A stretch of 64,000 bases of DNA from Octopus vulgaris. Taxonomy: Eukaryota. The translations under genes were made by a program, and so were the position numbers. Within the stretch, counting starts at the first letter, position 1; the number at the start of each line of letters is the position of its first letter. The DNA is taken from assembly GCA_951406725.2 (NCBI GenBank), contig OX597834.1:23064001-23128000 (forward strand), written 5' to 3'. This document shows positions 26,057 through 39,650 of this stretch, in pieces. Below the pieces are notes generated by a model. That model was not told the origin of the DNA, ran no database searches, and saw only the letters and a list, made by a program, of their open reading frames with translations.

Positions 26057-26924
26057 GAGTTGAGAAACTTGCTTTAACTGACATTACCTATTGTTGTCTT
26101 AATACTTTCACTGTTTTTCTTTCCACTCACCATTTCAATTATCGTTATTCCCTCTTATGTGAAGATCAACTCAAAGAGAAAGTATTTCTTAAGGTCACTT
26201 CAATGCATTGTATAATCACAATTTATGTTTATTTCTAGACTTATAAACTTGACGAACTTTTGTCCAACATCGCTAATTTTAAGTGATTTTGATGTTGCTA
26301 GTCAAAGATCAATATTAATTCTCCACTCCATCACAGAATCTAAAACCAGTGATTAAAAATATTGAAACATTATAAACACAATTGAACGACAAATCTATTG
26401 GCATTCTTTCGATATAACTCGACAAAATCAAAACATTTCACTTTGGGTATTTCAATGGGTTGTGGAGTATAGATATAACGAAATTATGCCAGCAATGTCT
26501 CATTTTAAACTGGAAGGAAAAAAAGACTTGCATATTTGTTCTTACCTGTTTCAGGTGTGTATGTAAATTCTGCAAATTTCCAAGCAGAAAACAGAATCGA
26601 ACTGTCATTTGCTTCCGCGGAAATACCAGAAGTTTTGATTTTGTCGAGTTATATCGAAAGGATGCTGATATATTTGTGTAAACGTCTATATACAAATATA
26701 TTCATGTATTGAGTTCTACCAAACACACACACACGCATGCATATAGATAATAGGTGTAGGCTGTATTAGTAGTATATAAGCATGTGGGTTAGTATTCGAT
26801 ATGTCCGACAGAATTTCTTCTTTACTTCACTCTCTCTCCTTTATATTTGAACACATCAAAACAAACACATGTAGTAGAAAGAGGACACGACCTATACAAT
26901 GTAGATGTTGTTTCTATCAATAAT

Positions 26925-27110
26925 ACTTACATATTAATACAGATCCAATGACGAAGATGTCACCATAGATTCAAATAGTCACAACTCAGACTGGACGATG
27001 ACAGCTTCAACACAACTTCTATATTTCACAAGAAACCTTCATTTAGATTTTCATATCGTCTTAAAGACCGTTGAATCGATTTCTGTCCACAGTTCATTAG
27101 CAACAACCAT
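26925..27110 (-). other. Putative leader exon and donor of G4 (intron 21032-26930)
   Basis: Reverse-complement copy of the leader block; acttac at 26925-26930; acceptor G at 21032. Confidence 0.65.
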
Positions 27111-27539
27111 TTCTATTTAATTGGATCCCCTAAATGTTAGTTTTAAATTAGATCTGACCCAGTAATAAAGATGTTTATCAAACAACAGATTTAGTTCGTT
27201 TTAACAATATACTGTAACAACAACTAACTCTTTATCTTTTTAAATATATCCTAGTCTACAATCACCAACCAGCACGGTGACCTTTTTCTGCAGGTGCTTA
27301 GGAAAATGTACCTCCCTGGCATTGGTGTTTATGAATGTGTGTGTATCTCTATACAGATAGACCGCATAATCTGAAATTAATAATAAATACTTTATTTTAA
27401 AACTGAAAAATATGTGTCAATTTAAATGAAACAAAAAGGGATCTTTTCCATTTAAAGATCCACAAAAAGCAATGGGGAAAGTATAAAAATGATGGAAACG
27501 AATAAATAAAAATTTTAATTAATATTGAAGTTAATATTG

Positions 27540-27947
27540 GTGTAAGAATTAACACTTCCTTCTCTAAGCCTAGATTCAAAACCGATTCAAAGAATTCTCG
27601 GTCATCCAAACCACGACGATCAGCAGCCGCGAAAAAGGGTTTTCTCTGTCCTGTCAAAAATTGATTGATGATCTCCCTTTGACCAGCGACCTCACCACAT
27701 CAGGCGAAGTTCAACTGGACAAGCGCTGACCTATTTAGGTACAAACTCTGCTGCAGTATGTCTGTCTTTCTAGCTGCCACAAATATTATAAAACCAGACG
27801 AAACAAGAGAGGCAAGCAGACAGACGAGATAGATCTATCTACGACCCAAATTTTTGGCAGACGACAGAGACAGAGAGAAATGTTCGAAGTGCCGACAGAC
27901 TACTGTTTCGAATCTAGGCTTAGAGAAGGAAGTGTTAATTCTTACAC
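27540..27947. mobile_element. MITE with ~40-bp TIRs
   Basis: gtgtaagaattaacacttccttctctaagcctagattc at 27540; its reverse complement ends at 27947. Confidence 0.75.
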
Positions 27948-27989
27948 TGGTCTCAAATTTTGGCACAGGGCCAGTATGTTCGGGGAAAA

Positions 27990-28740
27990 GGGGTTCGTTG
28001 ATTACATCAACCCCAGGGCTCAACTGGTACTTATTTTATCGACCTTGAAAGGATAAAAGGCAAAGTCAATGCTGGTGGCATTTAAACCCAGAACGTAAAT
28101 ATGAAATGTCGCCAAGCATTTTTTTCCTCGGAGTGGTAACCACCTTACTGCTGGAGATGATATTATTAAGATTCTGCCTGGGTCAACTTTGCCTTTCCTC
28201 CTTTCGGGGTTGATAAAATAAGTACCAGTGAAACACTGGGGTCGATGTAATTGACTAGTTCACTCCCAACAAATTTCAGGCCTTGTGCCTTTAGGAGAAA
28301 GGATATTATTATTAAAGCGGCGAAGTTGGTGATCAAGAAGAAATCGCAATGGCACAGCATTTCTTCTGACATTACGTTCAGAGTTAAAATTCCTATGCGA
28401 TCAACCTTGACTCTCATCCCTCAGTGATCGAGAAAATAAAGTACCAGCCAAGAACTGGGTCGATGTAATTGACTAGCCCCTTTCCTCAAATTTCTGGTCT
28501 TGGGCCTATAATAAGAAAGCCTTATTAAGACGACGAGCTGACAGAACGGTTAGCACGCCGGACAAAATGCTAAGCGGTATTTTTTTCTGACTACATTCTG
28601 AGTTCAGATGCCTCTGAGTTCGATCTCACCCTTCATCCTACTGTGATCGATGAAATAAGTACCACTTGAACACTAGGATCGACATAGTCGACGACGAGTC
28701 CCTCCCTCAAAATTTTAGTCCCTGCACGTATAGTAGAAAA
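27990..28740. mobile_element. Cluster of four related tRNA-derived SINE fragments (one minus, three plus)
   Basis: Repeated gtcRactttgcctttc...gataaaataagtaccag...ggtcgatgtaatt; A/B-box-like heads at 28315 and 28530. Confidence 0.7.
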
Positions 28741-28984
28741 GGGTTAGTATAAAAATATGGTTTTTATTTCTCAACTGTATTGTAATTTTTTAAAAAATTA
28801 CTTTATTTTGAAAAGTAAACAAAAGTTCATTTTTATATTTAGTTTGTGAAAACAGATTTTATTGTTTCTTGGGTGGGTCAAAAAAGGACATGTTGAAGTG
28901 ATGGATGGCAACTACAAGGACTCTCAAAAACCTAGCTGATTGATTGACCAAATGATTAGTTATTTGGTTAACTTGTTGACTAAT

Positions 28985-29665
28985 AATAATAACAACAACA
29001 AGAAGAATAATGCCCTGACGCAGTACCAGGTAGTGGCTTTCATGATTCCTGATCTTAACTGATAAAAGATGGGCTATAGCAAATATTCTGCCCAATATTA
29101 TAGATTCACTTGTTAGTTGCTTGACTGCAACCAGTTGAGCATGTCCCTTAGTGGCTGATGGTATGTGCATCTCTGGTCACAAGCAGAAGCATCATAGCCA
29201 TGTGTTCAAAGGAATTCTTTGGGGCTTGAATAATTCACCTCTAGAAACATGGGTGTTTCATTTAGCATCCTTAAACAACCCTTATTCAGGGACCTTTTGA
29301 TGGGGATGGGCTACTCAACCTGAAGAAAATTGTAACTGGGCCCCATATGCAAGGACATGCACTGTTTTATCTTGATGTGAGATCATGTCATGCACATATG
29401 GTGTGATGCATGTTCCTGGTGTATCCTCAGCTTTGTATATTTTACCCCAGTGTCACTTTGAAGGCAGCACTGCTTTCTCACTCAATAATAATAATAAATG
29501 CCCTGATACAGTACTAGGCAGTGGCTTTCATGGCTTTTGATCTTAACAGATTGGAAGTGATATCCCACAGATTTGCTTGAGCTTAATCAGTTGAGCATGT
29601 CCCTTAGTGGCTGACGATGTATGCATCTCTGATCACAAGCAGAAGTAATGGGGGAGCATCATACT
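28985..29665. repeat. Dispersed repeat with partial direct duplication (29005-29190 vs 29495-29660)
   Basis: atgccctgaYRcagtac...gtggctttcatg...gttgagcatgtcccttagtggctga occurs twice. Confidence 0.7.
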
Positions 29666-29799
29666 AGGAATTATATTGGAAAATAGATAAAATATTTTGT
29701 GATTTGTACAAGTGTACCTAATTTATTACATAAAAATTTTCACAACAAAATTATATGAACCCTAGCTGAGAACCTCTGGTTTAAGGCATCTCTTCTACC

Positions 29800-31380
29800 C
29801 TAGTTACAGTTGACTACAATGCTGCTACACCAGTCATCAGCTATGCACCTCCCTGTACAATTTGATTAACGTGGATGACTGGGCTGTAACCTACTCCACT
29901 AGATATTTTAAGCATCCCAGTGTTAAGTCCTGTCGGACTTGGGGATTTACCTGTTTTCATATCCTTAATTACCTTATCTATAACATTGCTGTCAACTTGG
30001 ATATCTGGCCCCTTTGTTGGGTCCACATTGGCAAAAACCCAATTTTTCCAATTCATTCTCTACATTTAACCCATTTGTTACAATATTTCTGTTGAGGTGC
30101 TCAGTGCTTCTTTCAATTAATTTTAAATATAACTCAAAATTTAGTAAAATAATTTAGTTTATCATTAAGCTAGTGTTAGGAACATAAATTGTGATTAACG
30201 TTTGGTGGAAGAGTTTAATTCAGGACTTTTGAAAACAAAACATTTGTACTATTAAGCGAGAGGCAGTTTGGTATCAAAAGGGTCAATAGCCTTTCATGGT
30301 AGCGCTTCTACACCTCTTTTTCCAGAAGACTAGGTGCAAGCATAACATCATTTATCCACACATCTCACCTACATCTTCCCTTTTGCTACCTGGAATATCT
30401 TGTTTCTGATTCTTGTGCAGTAGATCATTGTCAAATCTCCTTCCTGCTTCTATCAACCTAGTATATATCTTCAGTCTTCCAATCTTCCTGGGTCAGGCTT
30501 TTTGCTTTTGTAGCTCTTGTCCACCTCACTGTTCCACCATCACATCACGCTTGGTCTAGCTGTAACTTCGCACCAGTCACAGGTTTGGTCTGTATTTCTC
30601 AGCAGGTTATCCTATATTGTCTTGTATGTTATACATTTCTATCTTCACCTGCTTTTCATCAGTAGCTTCCTTTAGAATGCCTCTAAATTTGTTTGCTGAA
30701 TCTTTTGAGTTTCCATATCATCCTTTACCAGACTGGTTTGCATCTCTGTGTCCTAGCTGAAAATTTGAAGTTACTAACCTATGTTGGATATTACATTCTT
30801 CACCTTAACAAGACGTTTCGTTTTCAAGCATCAACCTATCCTGTTTCTGATGAGGATGTGGTCAATCTCTCTTGAGTTCATTCAGATAAGTAGGTGATCA
30901 GGTGGTTGGCTGGTTTCCTGGAGTTAGTGTTGCATTACAGAACTCTAATGGCTTTGCTCCAGACTCATTTCTGGAACTGAAGTCATAACCTCTGTGCACA
31001 ATATAAAATCCATTGGCTTACTGCTCAACATGTCCATTGCAGGTACCAGACACGATAAAAATATCAGTTATTTGCCATTGAGTTATTCTACAAGAGGACT
31101 TCATAGAATTGGTCCTTCTAATCATCAGCCAGCCCAGAATGTGGAGCTGAGGCAGAGTTAACTGTTAACTTGATTTGTCTAGGAACACTCTCAGCTTAAC
31201 AATCCCATCACAAACTGACTTATTTTATTTATCCATTTTTCTGACAACAGTATACCTACACCATCCACTTCATCACTGCTGCCTACCCAAAAGAATTTGT
31301 GATTATGATGGTGGGTTAACAAGTTCACGGGGTGACTATAAAGAAGTGATGGTAGCATTAGAAAATCTTGCATGCATTAA
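29800..31380 (-). mobile_element. Decayed RTE-type LINE (APE endonuclease to pre-RT region)
   Basis: KFFWVG...DGVGILLSEKW endonuclease motif and IKDMKTGKSPSPTGL; multiple stops and an internal insertion. Confidence 0.7.
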
Positions 31381-31494
31381 TTCCCACTCTTCTTAAATGC
31401 AGTCTCTTTCCAAGTAAACTGAATGTTCAAAAAAAACTTCAGATGTTACTAGTAGTGAATTTTCTTAAAAATGGAAAATGGTAAATCTAGTCAA

Positions 31495-31783
31495 GTTAAC
31501 AGTTCCTCATGAAAATAACATGGACATCGCTTGGGCTTGAAAAATTGACCGTTATGAAAACCTTCTTGAGGAATGCGAAGATGCAGGCAGGAAAGCAGGG
31601 CATTTTCGAATCGAGGTCGGATGTAGAGGATTCGTTGGACAGGGGTGTGAGGCAATTTGTTGTTGCGAGGCCTAACTCATCATAAAGCAAATACCACAAG
31701 AGTGATATCCAGACTACAGTGGAGAAGGCAAGCTATTGGATTTGGTTAAAAAGAGACAATGTGCAATGGCTAGATGAATATTG
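31495..31783 (+). mobile_element. C-terminal RLE-endonuclease fragment of a HERO/NeSL-like non-LTR retrotransposon
   Basis: Manual translation LTVPHENN...RYENLLEEC...IEVGCRGFVG...VEKASYWIWLKR; contains a stop and a frameshift. Confidence 0.7.
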
Positions 31784-33322
31784 AGCAAAACCTATTAACC
31801 AGTTGATCAAGCAAGCGCAGTCTCTCCTGGTGACCCCTTAAACTTGCTAGCACCTGGTAGTACCATCACCTGCAAGTGTTGGCAAAATATCTAATAATAA
31901 TTACTGATGTGTGCAAAATATCAGAGTTGGTTTCACATTGTCTCCATCAACTTTGTTTTATAAAAAGTCATTATCACTGGAACTTTGTTATAATGAGGCT
32001 ATAAAAAAAATAACACAACACTTTTATTCATGCAATGCACAAGAGAGCATTAATGGAATATTAGAACAGAATTTATTCACTGATTTGTCAAATAATAGAA
32101 AGAATTTTAGCCTTACAGTTCTGAACATCATGGCTTTTATTAATAGTTTTAGGGATTTATTCCCTTAAATGAGTGTCCATAATAATGTGCAAAGAGGAAA
32201 ATAATTTCTATGAGAATATACAATAGACAGATGAAACAATGCAAAATCCACAATATATAGGTGTACTCAACAAGACCCATCCACCATTTCAATTGAGACT
32301 AATACATAAAAAGCACCCAGTATACTCTGTAAAATGGCAAACATACGGAAGGGCATCCAGCTGTAGAAACAATGCCAGAAGAATGGAACTTGGTGCAGTA
32401 AAACCATTCAGATCATGCCAGCATAGAAAACGAATGATGATGGCAGTTTATTGTTCCACAATAGGTAAGATTAACAAAAAAAAAATCATTCTATCCAGTG
32501 ATATATGTATATCATTGTATTGACCAAACTACTGGATTCAGATGGTCATTATGTGCTCCCTCAGGTTGTAACTTTTGAACGATGCCATCAGGCTGGCTAG
32601 GCACACAGGATAACATTCCTCCTGAACAGAACATTTGTCTATCACACAGTTACTCTTACTTTTACCGAGTGGACTGGTAACATAGAATAAGTGCTTTGCA
32701 CCAGAACACAAGCTACACTAACCACTTGGCTACATGCCTTCTCACATGCATATATATAGATATATATGTGTGTGTATATATATATCATACACATGCATGG
32801 TATGATTAAATATTTTCTTGCGCATTTTTTTTTCTAATATGGCTGTACAGTGATTTTAGCACATTATTTATGAGAATAGATTTCTCAATTATGTCAAAGA
32901 AATCAGTTTTCTTCCTTCTATAAATTTGTTAAATTCAATTTATATGCATGTTCTAAAAGTACAGTTTTATTTAAAAATCTCACTGTGCTGCATTACTATA
33001 TCATAGTGGATATAGATGTGTCTATATAAAAAATATATTGTTAAGAGGATGTTATCAGACTGTGATATCTTCTTATCTGTGAGACTTACATATATTTATA
33101 TCAGATATTTTTAGTTAAACTGAATTTTGAGTGTTGTGCGAAATGCAGGGCAATTATGTAGAACAATTTAATTTTTGTCATTAAATTAACCACACCATTT
33201 TCTAAATTAATAAAACAAGTAATTTTATGAGAAAATATCATTGGTGGCGAGCTGGCAGAATCTTTAGCACACTAGGCAAAATACTTTGCAGCATTTCATC
33301 TATCTTTACGTTCTGGGTACAA

Positions 33323-34927
33323 TTATTGTTCTATATGAACATGCATGTGCTTAGTTAAGTTACATTTTTGAGTGAATGCTTTACCACAGATATCACAGCG
33401 GTGTGGCTTTTCCCCTGTATGAATACGTTTGTGAGTAGTCAACTCACCACTTGAACAGAATGATTTACCACAGATATCGCAGCGATATGGTTTTTCTCCT
33501 GTATGAATACGTTTGTGAATAGTGACACTACTATTTGACAAGAATGATTTACCACAAATGTCACAGTGATATGGCTTTTCTCCAGTATGAGTAAATTTGT
33601 GAGTAGTCAGAGTACTGCGATGTGCAAATGACCGACCACAGATACTACAGCTATGTGGTTTCTCTCCTGTATGAACGCGTTTGTGTCTGGTTAAAGTACC
33701 CTTCTGAGGGAATGATTTTCCACAAATATCACAGGAATAAGGCTTCTCGCCTGTATGAATACGCTTGTGCTTAATTAAATGACCAATTCCTGTGAAAGAT
33801 TTATTGCAGACATCACACTGATGTGGCTTCTCCCCTGTATGAACACGCTTATGTTGAATTAAGTTATCAGCACCAGGAAATGATTTACCACAGATGTTAC
33901 AATGATATGGCTTCTCTCCTGTATGCATACGTTTGTGTTTAATTAAATTACAACTTGTAGTGAATGATTTACCACAGAAATCACAACAATATGGTTTCTC
34001 TCCCGTATGGATACGCTTGTGTGAAGATAAATAACCTTTACATGAGAATGATTTACCACAGATATCACATTGAGATGCTTTTTCCCCTGTGTGAATGCGT
34101 TTATGTGTATTAACAGCACTAAGTACGGAGAATGATCTACCACAGATATCACAATGATATGGTTTTTCTCCTGTATGAACACGCTTGTGAACATTTACTT
34201 CTGAACCATGGACGAATGTTTTCCCACAGATATCACAACGATATGGCCTCTCTCCAGTATGAAGACGTCTGTGTGTAGTTAAGGTAGATGAATGTGAGAA
34301 TGATTTACCACAGATATCACAATCATATGATTTCTCTCCTGTATGAATACGTTTGTGACTAGTTACAGAACTAGTGTTGGAGAATGATTTACCACAGATA
34401 TCACAATGATATGGTTTCTCTCCTGTATGAATACGTTTATGTGTAATAAGGCTACCGCAATGTGTGAATGATTTACCACAGATATCACAATTGTAAGATT
34501 TCTCTCCTGTATGAACACCTTTGTGGCTATTTAGAGAACTAAGTACAGAGAAGGATTTACCACAGATATCACACTGATATGGCTTCTCTCCTGTATGAAC
34601 ACGTTTGTGACTAGATAGGTCACTAGTCCGAGAGAAGGATTTATCACAGATATCACATCGATATGGTTTTTCACCTGTATGCATGCGTTTATGATAAGTT
34701 AAGCTAGCAAGTTGAGAGAAAAATTTACCACAGATATCACAGTGATATGGTTTCTCTCCTGTATGAATACGCTTGTGAACAGTTAAGTGAGATTTTTTAA
34801 AGAATATCTTTCTACAGATATCACAGTGATATAATTGTTTTGCTTTCTCTCTCTTTCTATCACGAGCAAAGTTAATCTTTTTAGACTGTGTTTTATATTC
34901 AATGCTCGTCTCATACATATTTTCCAT
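33323..34927 (-). CDS. G5: C2H2 zinc-finger protein, 18 fingers
   Basis: Homologous ATG (MENMYE) at 34927; 18 intact fingers. Confidence 0.92.
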   Translation of the reverse strand: MENMYETSIEYKTQSKKINFARDRKREKAKQLYHCDICRKIFFKKSHLTVHKRIHTGEKPYHCDICGKFFSQLASLTYHKRMHTGEKPYRCDICDKSFSRTSDLSSHKRVHTGEKPYQCDICGKSFSVLSSLNSHKGVHTGEKSYNCDICGKSFTHCGSLITHKRIHTGEKPYHCDICGKSFSNTSSVTSHKRIHTGEKSYDCDICGKSFSHSSTLTTHRRLHTGERPYRCDICGKTFVHGSEVNVHKRVHTGEKPYHCDICGRSFSVLSAVNTHKRIHTGEKASQCDICGKSFSCKGYLSSHKRIHTGEKPYCCDFCGKSFTTSCNLIKHKRMHTGEKPYHCNICGKSFPGADNLIQHKRVHTGEKPHQCDVCNKSFTGIGHLIKHKRIHTGEKPYSCDICGKSFPQKGTLTRHKRVHTGEKPHSCSICGRSFAHRSTLTTHKFTHTGEKPYHCDICGKSFLSNSSVTIHKRIHTGEKPYRCDICGKSFCSSGELTTHKRIHTGEKPHRCDICGKAFTQKCNLTKHMHVHIEQ

Positions 34928-36403
34928 ATTTTTGCGTTTCTTACCACAATGTACAGACGTGTCTCTTTCAAGGTTATAATTTATTTTAAACAAATCCTTT
35001 AGTTAGTGAAGTCTTTGTCAATATTTGAAGATGTTCAATTAAAATACAAAATCATTTTAAGTTCATTCCAGACAGCGAAAGAGAACATAAAATAGGCTGT
35101 GCTATTAATTTCAGTTCAGAACAAATATTTCCCAGTAATTCTACCATAGATTTTATACAATGAGGTTTACATGTTCTGTATGACGACTTCCATTTGTCTT
35201 TAAGGTGATAAATATTGATGGATCTCAGGTAAATAATTCTTTCATGCCAACGTCATCTGATATTCTAAAATAAACAGAACAAAATTAAATATAAAAGACA
35301 CTTCAACAGTGGACATTTAACATTTCTTTTATATTGATAAACAGCAGATATAAACTTTTACATGAACTGGATTCGTTCAATATAGCCAATATCAAAACTA
35401 AATGGTACAAATATATTAATAGATAAATATGAGAACTTATTCTTTACTTTATCTTTCATGTTAAATAGATTCTTCTTCTGATGGCTGTGATTTGATTAAA
35501 GATTTTGTTGATTACAGCGACCTACTCTAAATGATAAGTGGAAATAATATCAAGAATTAAATATGCTCCCGAATCGGTATTTCCCCAATGAAAATAATTT
35601 GATATTCGCGAAACAAGAGGGAATATGTTTCTATGTCAATAAACGTCATCCATGCAGCGGATGTCCTATTTTGAATCCAGCGGACATAGGATAGACATAA
35701 ACAAAATGATAGAATTTACAGTTTAAACAATGCTACATATTGAAATAATACTGCGAAGAGTTTTGGCTGCTATTTCTTACAAAAGGAGCGAGCACAGAAG
35801 TTAAGTAGATATTAAATTTGGGCGGGAAGTGAAGCAAGAAGAATTGTTAAAAAAGTGAAATTATAAATTCTCAAACGAAAAACGAATCTATCAGATGCAG
35901 TGGTAGTGTCTGTTTTGTTAATGTTTAAATATTTTAAATCGTTGATTTCTGATTCTGTGATGGAGTGGAGAATATCGATCTCTGACTATCAATACCAAAA
36001 TCACTTGAAATCAGCGATGTTGGACAAAAGTTTGTCAAGTTTAGGTGCTAGAAATAAAGGTAAATGGTGACTAAATAATGTACAGAAGTGACCTTAAGAA
36101 ATAGAAACTTTTTCTTTGTGTTGATATTAAGATATGGGGGAATAACAATTATTGAAGTTGAGTGTGCAAAGGGAAACAGTGACAGTATTGAGAGAACAAT
36201 CGTTAACGTCAGTTAAAGCAAGTTTTTCAACTCAATTCTATAACATATACGACAGCCGACCCGTATGGGGATTAAGACAACATCGTTACTTTAAGGAAAA
36301 TTTCTTCACTTTCTTTCCTCTTTCTTTGAACACATCAAAACAAACAGGTGCAGTAGGAAAATTACAGAATTTATACAATGTAGATGTTGTTTCTATTAAT
36401 AAT

Positions 36404-36441
36404 ACTTACATGTTACAATAGAGGCAATGACGAAGATGTCA
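36404..36441 (-). other. Putative shortened leader exon and donor of G5 (intron 35265-36409)
   Basis: Reverse-complement donor block; upstream part of the exon deleted relative to G4. Confidence 0.6.
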
Positions 36442-37559
36442 GAACAACTAACTCTCACTTTAGTTTCAGGATAGTTCTTTAAATATATCCCGATCTGCTT
36501 TATATAGTTTATCTTCAGACTTGATAATTCTTTATCGTCTTCATCAGCAGCAAGGAAACCTTCCACTTCAACTGCATCAAGATAATGTACCTCTATGGGG
36601 ATGATATTTAAATCTGTTTTGTTCTTAGTAAAGTAGAAAGAACCAACATGGAATAATTAGAAGCAACACAAATGGTAAATGGCCGGCATTGCAGTTTTAA
36701 TTGCTAAAAAAGATAAAAAGAAAAATAGAGAATATATAAAAACTTCATGGCTTAAGTGAAATACTGAAACGAAATTCATTGAATTACCAATTTGAGGGAA
36801 AATATACTCAATTTAAAAGCATGTGTTATACAAGGAGAGAAAAGTAACGTCTGGATGATTTATAATTAACAACAATTTGGAAACAACATACAATAAATTT
36901 AATAAGTGCCGACGACGTTCACTTGGAAAACGCATATATAGCGAGGAAATAAAATCTAAAACTGAGACAGCATCCTGTCACTGTTATGTTTACGTACGGA
37001 ATTATAAAGGCAAATCTATAAAAATGACATTTAATAAGTCACTTCTTAGCATTCCGTATTCGTATTCGTTTCGTTTCAGTTGGGTAACCTACGTTCATTT
37101 TTGCATTTCCCCCTTTCACAGTCAGGAAACCCTCTGTCCAATATTTAAGAAAATCAAAGATCAACAAAAGTGCGTGTGAATGTAATTTATGGATTTCCGT
37201 AAAATTTCGAATAATATTTCTACTTATTGTGAAATATATGTATTCTTTTTATCCCTTATTTTTGTAAAATGTCTTGTTTACTGCGATTCTACCTTGTTAA
37301 GTTATCTAAATAATACTGTGGTGGAGTGAAAACAAGAATTCCATTTTGACTGGATAGACAGACACCTTTATTCATTTTTGAAACATTCTTAGCTTTAGTT
37401 TTCTCGCTGGTGAAATATTTCCATAATTTAAACAAACGATTGTGTTCAGAGGAGAAAGCAGTAATCTGTAATAATAAGCTTCTCTCAAGCGTTAATGTAT
37501 TCGTTTCGTATAGTTGAGGATTGCCGGGTCTATTTTTGTACAATGCCTATTGTAGTTTC

Positions 37560-37705
37560 ATTTTAAATGTTCGCACTTCGATGTCCCAGAGTGAAAAAGG
37601 TCGCCGACGATTGTTGTAAAATATAGAAGTTTTGTCAAAGCTGTCGTTGTCCAGTCTTAGTTGTGATAACTTGAACCTATCGTGACATCTTCGTGTACCG
37701 TAAGA
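37560..37705 (+). other. Putative leader exon of G6 with ancestral donor deleted; candidate new donor acc|GTAAGA at 37700
   Basis: Homologous to G7 45415-45530 up to catcttcgt, then resumes at aagaaattttactaaagtaacg. Confidence 0.45.
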
Positions 37706-38039
37706 TCGCCAAGAAATTTTACTAAAGTAACGATGTTGTCTTAATCCTTCATATGGTAGGCTGTCACATATGTAATATATGGTTTTATAGACTTCCCATT
37801 TCCTGGAAAATATGTCGTATCTCTTCCTGTTTTTCTGAAATGTTTTAATTTCAATAATTTTTGCATCTCCAATGACACAAGTAGGGAGAGTTTCAGGGTA
37901 ATTGGTCTATAGTGAACTGGAGTTCCCATGGACAGCCTGTCTTAAACCCCTCTCTTATGGCACATAAAAACAATCATAAACAAGAAGGGACTAAGGACCG
38001 GCGCTTGCACCTCTTGAGCTTATCGTATTTGTGTACATG

Positions 38040-38390
38040 GCATCAGATCCTGTCAAATCATCCAGCCCATGCCAGCATGGAATACGGACGTTAAATGATG
38101 ATGATATATCATTATCGTCATCATTTGAAGTCCGCTGTCCAACCTGGCATGAGTTGGACGATTTGACCAGGGCTGCATCAAACTCCAGTCTCATTTGACA
38201 TGGTTTATACGGCTGGATACTCTTCCTAATGGTAACCGCTCCGAGAGTGTAATGGGTGCGTTTATGTGCCACCAGCACATGTACCGGTTGCATGACTCCA
38301 GTATCTGTCACGACTATGATTTCACTTGGCTTGTTGGGTCTTCTACTCGAGCAGGGCATATTGCTGAAGGTCTCGGTCATTTGTCATGCG
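38040..38390. mobile_element. Two family A copies tail-to-tail in the G6 intron
   Basis: + copy ends gatgatgat at ~38105; minus copy starts tcatcattt at ~38118. Confidence 0.65.
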
Positions 38391-39650
38391 AATACAGGTA
38401 TATACATGTGTGTGTATAATTATGTTCCACAACACATTCAAGGGTATATCAGCTGTAAATATGATTTTATATTCTAATTAATCTTACATTATATATAAAA
38501 AAAAGGAGTCCAATGTGTGACACCAGTATCTCCACAACTATGATTTCAGCGTATTGCTGAAGGTCTCGGTCATTGGTCATGCGAATACAGGTATATACAT
38601 GTGTGTGTGTGTATAATTGTGCTCCACAACATCCTCTAGCCATACTTGGTCTGCAGGCTGCCATTGATTAATGAAAACTAAAATAAAGTCTTCAGCCAAA
38701 TTACATCCATCACAAGAAATAAAGTATCTGACATGAAAGAGGAAGTTATGGAAAGGCAGTCACATTCATCTACTCTATTAGGATATTTCACTGTATTAAC
38801 CAGACTATTGGACGTTGTCAGGCATCGCTGGTTACAGTGCACTTCCTTGCATTGTAGTAGTTTGTGAATGATGCCTCCATGTGGGCTGGACAGCATTGGC
38901 CCAACATGGAACACCTGTCTGTCACAGAACTACCCGTTTACAGCTGAGTGGCCTGGGGCAATGTGTAAGGAAAAGTTTTGCTCACAAGCACAATGCACCA
39001 CCACATTAGAATATAGATATGTATATATGTGAGAAATGTCATAAAATGTCCACTGTTGGATGTCTACTTTTTATTTAAATATCCTGTATATTTTATATCT
39101 TGTTCTCTTTTTATTTCAGAATATCAGATGACATTGGCATAGTAGAAAGTTTTAAAGACGAAAGGAAAGTCTTATACACAAGAGATATAAACTTGTTTAT
39201 ATAAATCTATGCAAGAATTGCTGTGAAATATTTGATCTGAACAGAGACAAGTTTCCAAAATTTCCTTACTTCGTTCTCTGAAATATGTATAGGATGATTT
39301 CAAGTTTTAATTAAACTTTGGATTGCAAAGAAGTTTGCAGCATATTCAAATATTGACAGAAACATAACAGAAGAAACATTTGTGAGGAATAAAATATAAA
39401 AGCAAAATTTTTTAATTATCGAAATGATTGCAAGACGCAACGAAAATTTTAGAAAAGTAAAAGAGAAATAAGTGGAAATTTTACTGGTGAGTGTGTTAAA
39501 TTACAAGGCAATAAAAGAGAAAGATTCTCCCCACACACAACAGAATATGCTTCAACACAAGAAATCACATGAAGAATCTTACAAACCAAATCCAAAAGTG
39601 AAATAAAACTAAGAAAACCATTTGTATATTGTGGTGAATGATGTAAAATT

